Below the pieces are notes generated by a model. It was given only the letters and a program-made list of their open reading frames with translations, was not told the origin of the DNA and made no database searches. A stretch of 64,000 bases of DNA from Amoebidium appalachense (lineage: Eukaryota; Protista; Ichthyosporea). The stretch lies in contig CAVNZM010000002.1 in assembly GCA_963693365.1 (NCBI GenBank), forward strand, positions 1,924,149-1,988,148, given 5' to 3'. The translations under genes and the position numbers were made by a program. Positions within the stretch are counted from its first letter, which is position 1. Every line of letters starts with the position of its first letter. Positions 40,368 through 54,673 of this stretch are shown here, in pieces.

Positions 40368-42214
40368 GAGGACTCGTTGATGATGGTGCCCACGGGAATA
40401 GGGGTGGCCTTAGGCTTGGCATCGATCAGGTTGAAGTCGGTGATGATGTCCTTGATGTAGGAGGACTGCAGCAGCTTGAGGGAGTCACGGGTGTACAGCA
40501 GTTGGGTGCCAAGGAAGATGTCTGGCAGACCGACCTTGCACTCGGCAGACTTCGTGATGTGACGAACAAGCTCCTGCATGATGGTGGAGTGCCGTGTGCA
40601 GGTGATGATGGCATCATCAACGTAGTTGCCCGAACGGATGATGTGCCCGTTGGGGAACCGACGGAAGTAGACACACGGATCGGAACGGAGACGGGTGGGC
40701 AATGAGAATGGAGTTGAAGAACTCGTACCATGCCAGGGATGCCTGCTTGAGTCCGTAGATGGCCTTCTTGAGTTTCCAGACTTTGTGTTCATTGCCAGGG
40801 AGGATAAAACCAGGAGGTTGCTCCATGTACAAAGTCTCGTCGAGGGGGCTGTTGAGGAAGGCCGTGCTGATGTCGAGTTGATGGATCTCGTGGTCCTGTT
40901 GCACACCGAGGGCAAGCAGGGCACGGACGGAGGAGGACATGACGACGGGGGAAGAGTTGTCACCGTAGTCAACACCGTAGACTTGGGTGAAACCCTTGGC
41001 CACACCACGACCCTTGATCTTGGTGTCACCAGCAGAGTTGAGGACCTTCTCCGTGACAATCCACTTGAATCGGATGATGTTGGCATCGGAGGGGGGCTCA
41101 ACTACGTCGAAGATGTCCTTGTCGATGAAAGCCTTGTACTCGGCAGTGAGGGCAGTCACCACTTCATCACCCTTGGTGCCGGAGCACAGCTTCTGAATTG
41201 ACCGGGGCAGCTGAGACACATCAAGGCTGGGTCGGGAGATGCTCACCATAGCCATGGCAGGCCGGGAGGAGAGACGGGAGGAACGACGGGGGACGGTACG
41301 GAGGGGCTCAGGGGCCGGGGGGGTGTCTGGGACAGACACTCGGTGGTCGGGGATGGGGGCCTGGAAGCCAGGGATGGGTGCCGTGTTGAGGGGGGAGTCG
41401 GATAACACGGGGCTGGACGGGGCCGAGTGGAACTCCGGAGACCCAGGACGAACCGGGGTGAGATGACCAGGTACGTGGTCATTGACGGCAGGGGCCGGCA
41501 GCAGGGGTTGCTGGCCGGTGGGGGGGGGGGGGGGGGTGGGTGGAGCCACGGGGGCAGGTACACGACGGGGGGAACGACGGATAATCACCGACGGAATTTC
41601 ATCGTCATCGGAATTGGAATTTCCGGAATGCAGGGATGGATCGATTGAGGTCGTCTGATTGGTGGCCTGCACAGAAATCTGATTGGATGCCGTGGTGAAT
41701 TGTGATTCGTCGAAGACGACATCGCGGTAGAGGTTGACCGTGTTGCCACGTAGATTCATGATCTTGTGGGCTTTGTTGGTGATATCCCAGCCCACGTAGG
41801 TGCCGAGTTTGACGGTAGAGGCCAACTTGTCTCGTTTGGATGCAGGGACGTGTACATAGGCTGGGCAGCCGAATACGTGCAGGTGGGAGATGTCAGGCTT
41901 GACACCGTAGAAAATTTCAAACGGTGTACGGCCATTGGCAGCTCTGGCCGGGGTCACGTTGATTATGTAGGCAGCATGCTTGAGAGCAGCTCCCCACAGC
42001 TTGGGGGAAAGGGAGTCGGCCTTGTCCTGATGAAGGAAGCACCGAACGATCTCCTGCAGATCCCTCATCTTACGTTCAACGAAGCCGTTGAGTTGGGGAC
42101 CGTCAACCGGGGCAAATTCCTGTATGATGCCCTTGGACTGGCAGTACTGCTCCATAGCATGGGAGGTGAACTCGGACCCAGAGTCTGAACGGAAGTGGCT
42201 CACCACCTTGTCGG
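40368..42214 (-). pseudogene. Copia A fragment (IN C-terminus to mid RT), 3' half of a split copy
   Basis: Near identical to ~15656-17510; small deletion frameshift at ~40695. Confidence 0.92.
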
Positions 42215-43574
42215 TGTTAAATTGTATAAGTATTTGGGATGTAAGCAGAGACACAGTGGTGCAGTGTGAAAACACCACAGACACACACAACAACAAAACA
42301 CGGAACGATCGGAGCAGTGTACACAACAGACATCAATGTTTAGACACGACTGAACTGAATTTATTCTGATCTTCGAATAAATACCTGAAATTCCTCTAAG
42401 TCCAATCCATATATGATTTCCGACCTGTCGGAAATCAGATCTATCTCTAATAGAAACCAATCACTAAGAACCAATTGCTTTCAGAGAGATCCGGTACGCG
42501 GAGACGCACACGATAGGACACAGACACTAGTTAAGGTCAACTCGTGTCATCGTCAAGGAAGTTCTAACCTATGACATACTGCAAAGACTCAGACATATCA
42601 CACTTAAGCTTGATGATTGGTTAAAGCCCGGCAACACATGAAAACTAAAGTAAATTAATGAAGTCTAAACACACATGCTATTCTAAGTGTAGCCTAAGTG
42701 TGTTACCGTCCAATGAACACGTATTAAGTAACACAAATCTACCTAACATATATTAGTAGAAAAGAAATACGATTATACACATGAAGACAAAGAGAGAAAG
42801 AAAAGAAAATAAGGAAGGAGAAAGAGGAAGGAAAAGAGAGCACAGATCAACAAACAAGATAGCAATAGCATAACTATAACCAGAGATATTTATGTACACA
42901 CAAACATGTACACGTCTCTCCCTGAGTGGGTGGATCCGTGTACACACATACAAATAATCTAATTGATATTACAACACACGATTAAAGCCGATACAACACG
43001 ATTACAAGTATACAAGCATATCGGAGATCGATGCTACACTTTACATAATAGGAGTGTGGCATTTACACTAAGCATATGAACTGAAACATAACACAAACTG
43101 AGAAGATCTTACCATATGTAAATACTACGTATTACAACATCCCCACTTAAGACTTTGAAGTTTGTGTTATCATATCCCCACTGAACTAGTGAAATATCTC
43201 CCCACTTGAGAACAGAAACGGAAAAAAAAAATTAAAGTGTGTACTTTTCCGGGGGGGGGGGGGGGGGGGGGGGGAGAAAGGGGGGGGGGGGGGGGGGAAG
43301 GGGGGGGGGGGAAGGGAGGGGGGGGGGAGGGGGGGGGGAAGGGGGGGGGGGGGAAGGAACCGGGGCAAAAACAACGAATATGTATAACGTGTATAGTCGG
43401 GGTTTGATTAACTGGGTTTTAAACCAGTGAAAGATAGAGTAGAGTCATGGTACAGGTCAAACCTTATATATAAACCCTAAGTGGGCATACCCACAAAGGC
43501 AATATACATATGAAATAATGATTATGATAAAGTAAGTAGTAAACATTAGAAAATCACTCTTGAAGTAGGACGGG

Positions 43575-45366
43575 TCAATCCACAATATCCGGCAAACAAA
43601 GTTTAGCACGATGGTTGACATGACTCGGGCCGGGGAGGGGTTTGGTGAGGATGTCAGCTAAGTTGTGGGCTGATTCAACGTAGTGGACAACCACATCCCC
43701 ACTTGCAATGTAGTCCTTGGTGTTGTGATACCGGACGGCAATGTGTTTGGTACGGTGCTTGATGCCGGTGGAGTTGACGATGGCAATGGTCGACTGGTTG
43801 TCACAGTACACCGGAGTCGGAGCAAGCATGGGGCAGCCGAGTTCCTTGAAGAGGTCACGGACCCAAGCAACTTCTTGGGTGCCAGCATTGAGAGCAATCA
43901 GCTCAGCTTCAGTGGTGCTGGTGGCCGTGATGGGCTGGAGCTTGGAGTACCAGATGATGGGCATACCAGCAAACTCGATGATGTTGCCGGTGGTAGACTT
44001 CTTGCTGTCGGCACAACCAGCAAAGTCAGCATCCGTGTAGCATTCGAGTATGGGGGGCTGGGTGGCCGAGTACTTGTAGTCAATACCAAGGTCAATGGTG
44101 CCGAGCAGGTACCGGGCCACACGACGGAGAAGGTCCCAGTGAGTCTTGCCGGGGTTGGTGCTGAACCGACCAAGGAAGCCGATGGCATAGGCAATGTCGG
44201 GACGTGTGCACCGTGCCACCCAGAGGAGACGGCCGAGTAACTCACGGTAGGGCACGGTGAACGGTTGGGGGGGGCAGTCAGCCAGGGAGACGGTGGTGCC
44301 TGCAGGGATGGGGGTAGACTTGGACTTGGCATCGGTGAGGTTGAAGTCGTGGATGATATCCATGATGTAAGACCTCTGGTGCATGTGGAGGTGATGGGGA
44401 TCAGAGTGATTAAAATCAACACCGAGCAAACGGTCAAATGGACTCATACGACAGCTGGCCATCTTGCTGATGTGGGCAGCCAGGTCACTGGCAGCAGTAG
44501 AACCCCGGGTGTTGGTGATGGTGGAGTCGTCGACGTAGTTACCAGCCCGAACCACATCGTTGTTGGGGAAGAACCGGAGGTAGATGCACGGGTCGGTCTT
44601 AGTACGGGTCAGGCCATGGGCAAGAAGAATGCCGTCGAGGAAGTCGTACCAAGCCTTGGAGGCTTGCTTGAGGCCGTACAGGGCTTTCTTGAGTCTCCAG
44701 ACCTTGCCAAGTGTAGCCATGGTGATGAATCCCGGGGGTTGTTTCATGTAGATGGTCTCGGTGAGTGGGCTGTTGAGAAAGGCCGTAGACACGTAGAGTT
44801 GATGGATGTCATGACCTTCAACAACGGCCAGAGCTAGGATAGCACGGAGAGCAGCCGGACGGATGACAGGGCTCTCAATCAACTCATAGTCAACACCGTA
44901 TTGCTGACTGAAGCCTTGAGCAACACCACGTGCCTTGATCTTGGTGTCACCAGCCGAGTTAAGAGTTTTCTCGGAGACAATCCACTTGAAGCCGACGATG
45001 TTAGCACCAGGGGGAGGGTCAACAAGTTCAAAGATGTCTTTGTCGACAAAGGCTTGATACTCAGCAGTGAGGGCTGACTTGACCTGGTCACCATTGGGTC
45101 CGGAACACAGTTGACGGACAAGTTTGGGTAGTTGGTTGATGTTGATGGGGGGACCGGGGGGGACTGGGAGGGTGGTGGTGGCTTGAAGTCCAACCTTGCC
45201 CTGTAGACGGGCAGAACGACGGGGTGCAGGAACCGGGGGAGGTGGAGACGGGGGGGGGGGGAACTTGGAAGTTCGGAATTGCAGGGGGGGCAACCTCCGG
45301 GCTGGACGGGGCCGAGTGGAAGTTGTCGGGGGAGCCGGGTCGGATGGGTGTGACGTTGCCAGGGGC
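43575..45366 (-). pseudogene. Copia B RT-RNaseH (interrupted upstream; QLD to QLY change)
   Basis: YVDD, YTDADFAG, STTEAE, YCDNQS, LADILTK motifs. Confidence 0.9.
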
Positions 45367-48300
45367 TGTGAAATTGTATAAGTATTTGGGATGAAAGTAG
45401 AGACACAGTGGTGCAGTGTGAAAACACCACAGACACATACAACAACAAAACACGGAACGATCGGAGCAGTGTACACAACAGACATCAATGTTTAGACACG
45501 ACTGAACTGAATTTATTCTGATCTTCGAATAAATACCTGAAATTCCTCTAAGTCCAATCCATACATGATTTCCGACCAGTCGGAAATCAGATCTATCTCT
45601 AATAGAAACCAATCACTAAGAACCAATTGCTTTCAGAGAGATCCGGTATGCGGAGACGTACACGATAGGACACAGACACTAGTTAAGATCAACTCGTGTC
45701 ATCATCAAGGAAGTTCTAACCTATGACATACTGCAAAGACTCAGACATATCACACTTAACCTTGATGATTGGTTAAAGCCCGGCAACACATGAAAACTAA
45801 AGTGAATTAATGAAGTCTAAACACACATGCTATTCTAAGTGTAGCCTAAGTGTGTTACCTTCCAATGAACACGTATTAAGTAACACAAATCTACCTAACA
45901 TATATTAGTAGAAAAGAAATACGATTATACACATGAAGACAAGGAGAGAAAGAAAAGAAAATAAGGAAGGAGAAAGAGAAAGGAAAAGAGAGCACAGATC
46001 AACAAACAAGATAGTAATAGCATAACTATAACCAGAGATATTTATGTACACACGAACATGTACACGTCTCTCCCTGAGTGCCAGGGTGGATCCGTGTACA
46101 CACAAATAAATATTCTAATCGATATCACAATACACGATTAAAGCCGATACAACACGATTACAAGTATACAAGCATATCGGAGATCGATGCTACACTTTAC
46201 ATAATAGGAGTGTGGCATTTACACTAAGCATATGAACTGAAACATAACACAAACTGAGAAGATCTTACCATATGTAAATACTACGTATTACAACATCCCC
46301 ACTTAAGACTTTGAAGTTTGTGTTATCATATCCCCACTGAACTAGTGAAATCTCCCCACTTGAGAACAGAAACGAAAAAAAAAAATTAAAGTGTGTACTT
46401 TTCCGGGGGGGGGGGGGGGGAAGGGGGGGGGGGGGAAAGGGGGGGGGGGGGGGAGAAGGGGGGGGGAGGGGGGGAGGGGGGAGGGGGGGATGGGGGGGGG
46501 GGGGGAACAACAGCAAAGGAAGGAAAACAACCAAGGAAGAAAATAAAATATGCAGGTGAAGGTATAATATATATATTAACGGGAGCCAGCCGTGGAAACA
46601 TTAACCTATGTGTTGTGACTCAGTGGGACTGGGAGTCGGCCAGTATTTGCAAAGGTGGCTAGCCTCAGGTGTATATGTGTTGTGCTAATCGATGAACCCT
46701 TAAAGTGGGCAAACCCCACTTAAGGCAAAAAAAAATACATATACAGAATCGTAGTAGTAGACGTTCCAACTGGGAAGCAGTGTAGAGGAAGCTGCTGTCC
46801 AGGGCCCCAGGTGTAGTAGAAGACCACACGATGATCACTGCACAAGGTCGGGCACACAGAGTCGATCACGGTGAGTGACATGGCTGGGACCCGGCAGTGA
46901 CTTGGTAAGGATGTCAGCCAAGTTGTTGGCAGACTCGACGTAGTTGACGACAACATCCCCACTCAGGCTGGGGGGGGGAGGATAGGGGATGGGGGGTATC
47001 GAGGACGCAAACGGTAGACAGGACAACGGGGGTCATGGCATTTGGATGCGGTGTGTCGAGGGTAGCCACACGTGGTGGGGCGACTGGTGGAGGGATTGAT
47101 GACCAAGGAGGAGTAGACTTGTCGTAGTTTGGAATTCGCTGGAGGGGGCGTCGAGGGTGCTTGCTGCTCGGGGTGACTGGGAAAGCCCGAACAGGGAGGG
47201 GGGTAGGTCTTCACGGAATCTGGGTTGGGATGAGGCACGACGGAGGCAGGGTCAAGTGCAGGTAATTCCGGACGGAGGAGGTTAACTGGGTCGGATGCAG
47301 GGGCGTTGGAAACGGGGGAAGGCAGCACAGCAAGCTGGCTGGAAACGTGGATGGGAACGACTGGACCTGGCAGCATGTCTTGCTGGCCGGGGTCGGGTGG
47401 TAATGGGGGGAAAACAGCTGCAGGGGTAACTGTTGCCCGTGCAGAGCTGGTGGTAGCTGGGATCTCGACGAGGTTGGCCACGTGATGGGGGGAAACTGCT
47501 GCCGAAATGCAGGGCAGATCAATGGAATGTGAGGGGGCCATTGACAGTGACGGCACGGTAAGGGGAGACATGGCCGAAAACAGGGTTGGAAATCCTGGAA
47601 GGAAGCAGGCTGGACACGGTAAACGGTTCTGGAGGGACTCAGGGTCGGGACTCCTAGGGAGGAGGGAAGCACAAAGGGCTTGGACGGGGTGGAACACGGT
47701 AGACTGGAAAGAAGTACCGAATTTGGATACTTCAGATGGACTTGATGGATGATGGTCAAGTCGGATCGAGACGGGGTGTCAAATTATCGTCGATTGGAAC
47801 GCAGACGGGGTGTGAAATTATATTCGAATGCGGGACGACGGGGTTCGAAATCGGATGGAATGGAATTTCGATGCAGGATCCTCAGGCCTGGGTAGACAGG
47901 GCGGCGCGGTTGAGACCACGTCGGTGAAGTGTCAAGGAACTTGGAGCGCGATTGCTGAACCAAGGGTGGAGGACGGTTTGGCGTGACGGAGAGAAACCAG
48001 GACGGAGCTGGAAGGAGTGCAAGCTGGAATTTGAACTTGCGAGGATGTCACGGTTGTCAAGGCGTGACAAAAGCTCTTGTCAAGATGAGTCAGATCTTGT
48101 CAAGAGGAGTCACGTGGGACCGGTTACGGACGGACGCCGGGGATGGATGTACACAGCCTCAGCACCAAGATGCATGAGGAGCTGACCACAGCTATGATGT
48201 GATGTGTACCAGGAATTTAACGATCGTTAGGTCTAGGTGTGTGTAGGGAGCGTGCATCTGGGCCCATAACCTGTTAAATTGTATAAGTATTTGGGATGAA

Positions 48301-49193
48301 AGTAGAGACACAGTGGTGCAGTGTGAAAACACCACAGACACATACAACAACAAAACACGGAACGATCGGAGCAGTGTACACAACAGACATCAATGTTTAG
48401 ACACGACTGAACTGAATTTATTCTGATCTTCGAATAAATACCTGAAATTCCTCTAAGTCCAATCCATACATGATTTCCGACCAGTCGGAAATCAGATCTA
48501 TCTCATAGAAACCAATCACTAAGAACCAATTGCTTTCAGAGAGATCCGGTACGCGGAGACGTACACGATAGGACACAGACACTAGTTAAGATCAACTCGT
48601 GTCATCATCAAGGAAGTTCTAACCTATGACATACTGCAAAGACTCAGACATATCACACTTAACCTTGATGATTGGTTAAAGCCCGGCAACACATGAAAAC
48701 TAAAGTGAATTAATGAAGTCTAAACTCACATGCTATTCTAAGTGTAGCCTAAGTGTGTTACCGTCCAATGAACACGTATTAAGTAACACAAATCTACCTA
48801 ACATATATTAGTAGAAAAGAAATACGATTATACACATGAAGACAAGGAGAGAAAGAAAAGAAAATAAGGAAGGAGAAAGAGAAAGGAAAAGAGAGCACAG
48901 ATCAACAAACAAGATAGTAATAGCATAACTATAACCAGAGATATTTATGTACACACGAACATTACACGTCTCTCCCTGAGTGGGTGGATCCGTGTACACA
49001 CAAATAAATATTCTAATCGATATCACAATACACGATTAAAGCCGATACAACACGATTACAAGTATACAAGCATATCGGAGATCGATGCTACACTTTACAC
49101 AATAGGAGTGTGGCATTTACACTAAGCATATGAACTGAAACATAACACAAACTGAGAAGATCTTACCATATGTAAATACTACGTATTACAACA
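45367..49193 (-). mobile_element. Non-autonomous LTR element B' (B-type LTRs 45367-46295 and 48272-49193, ~2 kb internal region)
   Basis: TSD GGGGC on both sides; PBS GGTTATGGGCCCAG; PPT; only an RNaseH C-terminal remnant (46835-46965) is recognisable. Confidence 0.9.
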
Positions 49194-49565
49194 GGGGCAG
49201 GATGAGGGTCGGCAGGCTGGACGGGCACGGGGGCAGGGGGGCCGGTGGGGGGGGGTGTCGGGGGAACGACGATGGCAGGAGGGGGGCCAGAGTACACCAG
49301 ACAAACATCATCTTCAGTGTCAACTGTGGGGGTTGGGGTGGTCGAGGGAGCAGTGGTGTCGGGGGTCGGAAGTGTTGATGGAATGTCGGACGGGAGATAA
49401 GCTGATTCGTCGAAAATCACATCACGGAAGAGGCCGACACGATGGGTGGTGGGATTGAAGATCCGGTGGCAGTGTGATTGAAGATCATAGCCGATATACA
49501 TGCCGAGTTTGACGGTGGGGGCTAGCTTGTTCCGTTTAGAGGCTGGCACATGAGTGTAGGCAGGC

Positions 49566-51680
49566 AACACAACATTGTAGCTCGTATAGAACCCCCCTTG
49601 TAGCATAGTATATGTACATATGTTACCTAGAATAGTATTGGTTTTTCAATAACTACCCACAGAACAGCCTCTAGCACGAGAGATTTACCACAACGTTTAT
49701 GGGGTGGATGGTGAATGTGCCCCTGGAGTACGAGGGTCACACGAAAAAAACACAACATTGTAGCTCGAATAGAACCCCCCTTGTAGCATAGTATAAGTAC
49801 ATGTGTTACCTAGACATTATTCGTTTTTTCAATAACTACCCACAGAACAGCTTCTAGCACGAGAGCTTTACCACACAGTTTATGGGGGGGATGGTGAATG
49901 TGCCCCTGGAGTACGAGGGTCACACGAAAAAAACACAACGTTGTAGCTCGTATAGAACCCCCCTTGTAGCATAGTATATGTACATAGTATGTTACCTAGA
50001 CATTATTGGTTTTTTCAATAACTACCCACAGAACAGCTTCTAGCACGAGAAATTTACCACAAAGTTTATGGGGGGGATGGTGAATGTGCCCCTGGAGTAC
50101 GAGGGTCACACGAAAAAAACACAATGTTGTAGCTCGAATAGACCCCCCTTGTAGCATAGTATATGTCCATGTGTTACCTAGACATTATTGGTTTTTTCAA
50201 TAACTACCCACAGAACAACTTCTAGCACGAGACATTTACCACAAAGTTTATGGGGGGGATGGTGAATGTGCCCCTGGAGTACAAGGGTCACACGAAAAAA
50301 ACACAACGTTGTAGCTCGTATAGAACCCCCCTTGTAGCATAGTATATGTCCATGTGTTACCTAGACATTATTGGTTTTTTCAATACCTACCCACAGAACA
50401 GCTTCTAGCACGAGACATTTACCACAAAGTTTATGGGGGGGATGGTGAATGTGCCCCTGGAGTACAAGGGTCACACGAAAAAAACACAACGTTGTAGCTC
50501 GTATAGAACCCCCCTTGTAGCATAGTATAAGTACATGTGTTACCTAGACATTATTCGTTTTTTCAATAACTACCCACAGAACAGCTTCTAGCACGAGAGC
50601 TTTACCACAAAGTTTATGGGGGGGATGGTGAATGTGCCCCTGGAGTACGAGGGTCACACGAAAAAAACACAACGTTGTAGCTCGTATAGAACCCCCCTTG
50701 TAGCATAGTATATGTACATAGTATGTTACCTAGACATTATTGGTTTTTTCAATAACTACCCACAGAACAGCTTCTAGCACGAGAAATTTACCACAAAGTT
50801 TATGGGGGGAATGGAGAATGTGCCCCTGGAGTACGAGGGTCACACGAAAAAAACACAATGTTGTAGCTCGAATAGACCCCCCTTGTAGCATAGTATATGT
50901 CCATGTGTTACCTAGACATTATTGGTTTTTTCAATAACTACCCACAGAACAACTTCTAGCACGAGACATTTACCACAAAGTTTATGGGGGGGATGGTGAA
51001 TGTGCCCCTGGAGTACAAGGGTCACACGAAAAAAACACAACGTTGTAGCTCGTATAGAACCCCCCTTGTAGCATAGTATATGTCCATGTGTTACCTAGAC
51101 ATTATTGGTTTTTTCAATACCTACCCACAGAACAGCTTCTAGCACGAGACATTTACCACAAAGTTTATGGGGGGGATGGTGAATGTGCCCCTGGAGTACA
51201 AGGGTCACACGAAAAAAACACAACGTTGTAGCTCGTATAGAACCCCCCTTGTAGCATAGTATATGTACATATGTTACCTAGACATTATTGGTTTTTCAAT
51301 AACTACCCACAGAACAGCCTCTAGCACGAGAGATTTACCTCAAAGTTTATGGGGGGGATGGAGAATGTGCCCCTGGAGTACGAGGGTCACACAAAAAAAA
51401 CACAACATTGTAGCTCGAATAGAACCCCCCTTGTAGCATAGCATATGTACATGTGTTACCTAGACATTATTCGTTTTTTCAATAACTACCCACAGAACAG
51501 CTTCTAGCACGAGAAAGTTACCACAAAGTTTATGGGGGGGATGGTGAATGTGCCCCTGGAGTACGAGGGTCACACGAAAAAAACACAACGTTGTAGCTCG
51601 TATAGAACCCCCTTTGTAGCATAGTATATGTACATAGTATGTTACCTAGACATTATTGGTTTTTTCAATAACTACCCACA
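49566..51680. repeat. ~183-bp tandem satellite, ~11.5 units
   Basis: Units recur at ~49629, 49811, 49997, 50180, 50362 and onward; whole unit conserved, no unique spacers. Confidence 0.95.
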
Positions 51681-51793
51681 TGCGGCATGTGTTACTTTCA
51701 CGTTATTGGTTTCCTAGCACGGGATATTCAGCACACAGTTGGGGATGTGGGGGCAGTGTACACCTCAATATTGGTAAGGTGGTGGTGGGTGGG

Positions 51794-51833
<40 letters not shown>

Positions 51834-52296
51834 CCACACAACCGAAACTGTCGGTGTTACAAATGGTTCGGTCTTAGGAAGTTAGAACGGTGATTTTTTA
51901 ATTAATAGCGGGAAACAATGTTATCCCCATTGCATATGGGGGGAACGAGGAGGGGGGGGGGGGGGGAGGGGGGGGGGGGGGTTTCACAACGAATTCTATC
52001 GACTGTGCATAATTAATGTATATTGCACATGTAGCCTGAAAGATTAAAGTGAATGTGTGTATGTATATGTGCGAGTATATTTGTGTATGCAATACATGTA
52101 CAATGTTTTCGTCTTTGTAGGTGGGTGGGTGGGGTGGGTGGGGGGGGGGGGGGGGGGGGGGGGGGGTGCGCGGGGGGGAAGAGGGAGGGGGGAGGGGGCA
52201 TCATGATCAGGGATAACAGGGTGTGTGCGTGTGTGCGCTTGTGTGTGCATGTGCTGTGTGCGCCTGTGTGTGTGTGCGTGCCTGTGTGTGCGCGCC

Positions 52297-52328
<32 letters not shown>

Positions 52329-53009
52329 GTGCATGTGTGAGTGTGTGTGCGTGCGCGCGCGCGTGCGCGCGCGCGTGTGTGTGTGTGTGTGTGTGTGTGT
52401 GATTTCAAAGAAGTCGAAAGCGCCAGTGACACCCATGTTGAAAAAAAGACAAGCAAGCACGCTAAGAAGGACAGCAAGAAGTAACAGAAACCCTTTCATG
52501 CCGAAAAAATGGTCAAGAACAAAGAAGTGGAGGACACGTAACTATAGTCTGATAGTTGTGACTAAGGGCACTAAGGGTAGCGCTAAGGGCACCAAGCTGA
52601 TGCATGCGCGCGCGCGAGCCGAAATCTATTTTTATCTTTTTCCTAATCGGGCGCGGCGAATAGTGATTGGCTAAATCCCAATCCGGTTTGCAATTTTTTC
52701 TCCATTTAAGCCTGTACGCACGTTGTTTGCTCCATTTCTCTTCCCCCCTTCCCGCAGGTTCGCAGGTCCTTTCCCGCAGGTCGCCTGGTCGCAGGTCCCT
52801 TCCCGCATGTCGCCTGGTCGCAGTTCGGTTTTATTTGTGGAAATTATTGACATAAATATTTTTCTGGGTAAACACGTAGGATGGGTGTTCGATACCAACA
52901 TAACCATGTAGGCTTCATTTCGTGTTTTAGCAGTTAGCGGTTGGCTGCCCGCACACGGGCACCTATTAGCCAGTCAAAACATCAGATACCACAGATCACT
53001 AGACCGAGT

Positions 53010-53095
53010 TATGATTGGCTCGGATCAGATTTCACATATCACTAGATCGATTTTTGATTGGCTCAGATCGGTAGGCTTAGGTATATAAGCACGAC
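53010..53095 (+). promoter_or_regulatory. Putative Pol II promoter in Ngaro repeat A
   Basis: Two inverted CCAAT boxes (ATTGGC) in a tandem duplication, then TATATAA ~120 nt upstream of the ORF1 ATG. Confidence 0.55.
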
Positions 53096-53205
53096 AGTTT
53101 TTAGCAGATCAGCAAGCTACAAACACATCTTCTGTGTTTAGCATCCACAGCCTTACAGCTGTATATTCCTTTTCATTCTCCCTATCTTTCCCTACGCCGG
53201 TCAGC

Positions 53206-54375
53206 ATGCCGCCGAAAAAGCGCCAGGCCTCAGCCGCCGCCCCTGCCGCGGCACCTAAGCGCCTGACCCGCAGCGACCTCCGCCACAGGCTGACCAACGC
53301 TCCCGCGGACACTGACGCGCCTCCAGCGGCCCATACCACCACGGACCCAGACCCGCCGGCTACTCTCCCCTCCCCTCCTGAAGTCCCCCCTCAGGCCCCG
53401 CCGTCCCCGCAGATGACTTCTCAAGACGCCGTCCTGGCCGCCCTCACCGCCATCAGCACCCAGATGGCTGGCGTCCTGGCTGCTCTCACCAACCGCGACC
53501 CTCCCGCGCCCCCCGCCGCGCCCTCCACACCCGGGGAGGTTTCCCCGGGGCTGCATCTCGGCCCTGACCTAGACCTACCTGCCCTGCCCGCGCCCCCCAT
53601 CACAGGTGAGAACACTGGCGACATTCAGCCGGGCACACTCCCGCTTCCCCCCGCGGATGTGCTGGCAGATTTGCGCGCCAATCGTTTCGTCGACCTGTAT
53701 AAGTTCACCCCCGCCGCCCTCCTGGCCCCATCCAAGAAAGGTCAGCATCTGCGCATGGCCGACGACGGCAGCATCGAGACTTTTCGCCAAGACAAACCCG
53801 TTCCCCTGCGTTCACTTGTCATTTGGATCCAAGCTTGGACCCATTACATGGCCGCCAAGCACCACCTCGGCCTCCCCACGGACAAAGACGTACTTTGGAC
53901 TCAACACATCACTCGCCTCAGCACCCGATACCCGTGGGCCCAGATCCACAACTATGACGTATACGCCCGCACCGTTGCCCACCAGCAGGGTCGGGCTCCG
54001 ATCGAGTGTCCCAACCTGCTCGCCCAACTCCACCAGGATCTCCTCCTGCCACCCACTCTGCTCATCCCGGACGCATGTCAGCGCTGTGGCTTCCCCGACC
54101 ACCCCAGCGCGGCCTGCCCCATGTACCCCAAGCCCGGCTGTGGTCTTGACGGCTTTAAGCCGCCCCACAAGCCCGGCGGGGGTCAAACCCCTAACCGCCC
54201 TGGCCCGCAACCCGGCCCGGCAAAACCGTCCCGACCCGTGGATCTACCCGCGACGCACTGCAGGAATTTCCACATCAACGGTCGGTCCTGCGCTAAGCAG
54301 CCCTGCCCCTTCTCCCACGTGTGCCCGCTCTGCTCTGGCACACACCCCCGCAAAGACTGCAAGCACAATGCCTAG
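53206..54375 (+). CDS. Ngaro Gag-like ORF1
   Basis: MPPKKRQ start; CCHC and CCCH-type fingers; conserved in copy 1. Confidence 0.87.
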   Translation: MPPKKRQASAAAPAAAPKRLTRSDLRHRLTNAPADTDAPPAAHTTTDPDPPATLPSPPEVPPQAPPSPQMTSQDAVLAALTAISTQMAGVLAALTNRDPPAPPAAPSTPGEVSPGLHLGPDLDLPALPAPPITGENTGDIQPGTLPLPPADVLADLRANRFVDLYKFTPAALLAPSKKGQHLRMADDGSIETFRQDKPVPLRSLVIWIQAWTHYMAAKHHLGLPTDKDVLWTQHITRLSTRYPWAQIHNYDVYARTVAHQQGRAPIECPNLLAQLHQDLLLPPTLLIPDACQRCGFPDHPSAACPMYPKPGCGLDGFKPPHKPGGGQTPNRPGPQPGPAKPSRPVDLPATHCRNFHINGRSCAKQPCPFSHVCPLCSGTHPRKDCKHNA

Positions 54376-54673
54376 TCTACGCGCACACCCACACACACAG
54401 CTAGAACATAGGGGTTAGGAGCTAGGACACACGAGTACAGGGAAACGGAGCTCGGGAGAACGGGCCAATAGGGCTGAGTACAAAATTTCGCAGGCCAACT
54501 ACGGCGCCCGCGCGCGTGAAGAATAAATGTCCCTACACAAAGACGTTTATTCTGGCCCCTGCACATAATTTTACTCCCCCCCCCATCCCACGAGCCTCCC
54601 CCCCCCCCCTTACACTCACCTAGCACTCCCTCCCCCCCCCTTCTTCTACCTCTGTGTCCGCCCACACCCCCGC

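Larger units (their letters stand above)
42215..49565 (-). mobile_element. 3' portion of autonomous Copia B (3' LTR 42215-43139, PPT, RT-RNaseH 43575-45366, IN remnant 49194-49565) with a nested insert
   Basis: LTR preceded by AAGTGGGGA PPT; TSD CCGAC inside Copia A integrase. Confidence 0.9.

Noticed and set aside
49566-51680. CRISPR array or ribozyme-bearing retrozyme array
   Set aside because: The whole unit is repeated with no unique spacers, no cas genes are present, and no CUGANGA hammerhead core was seen on either strand
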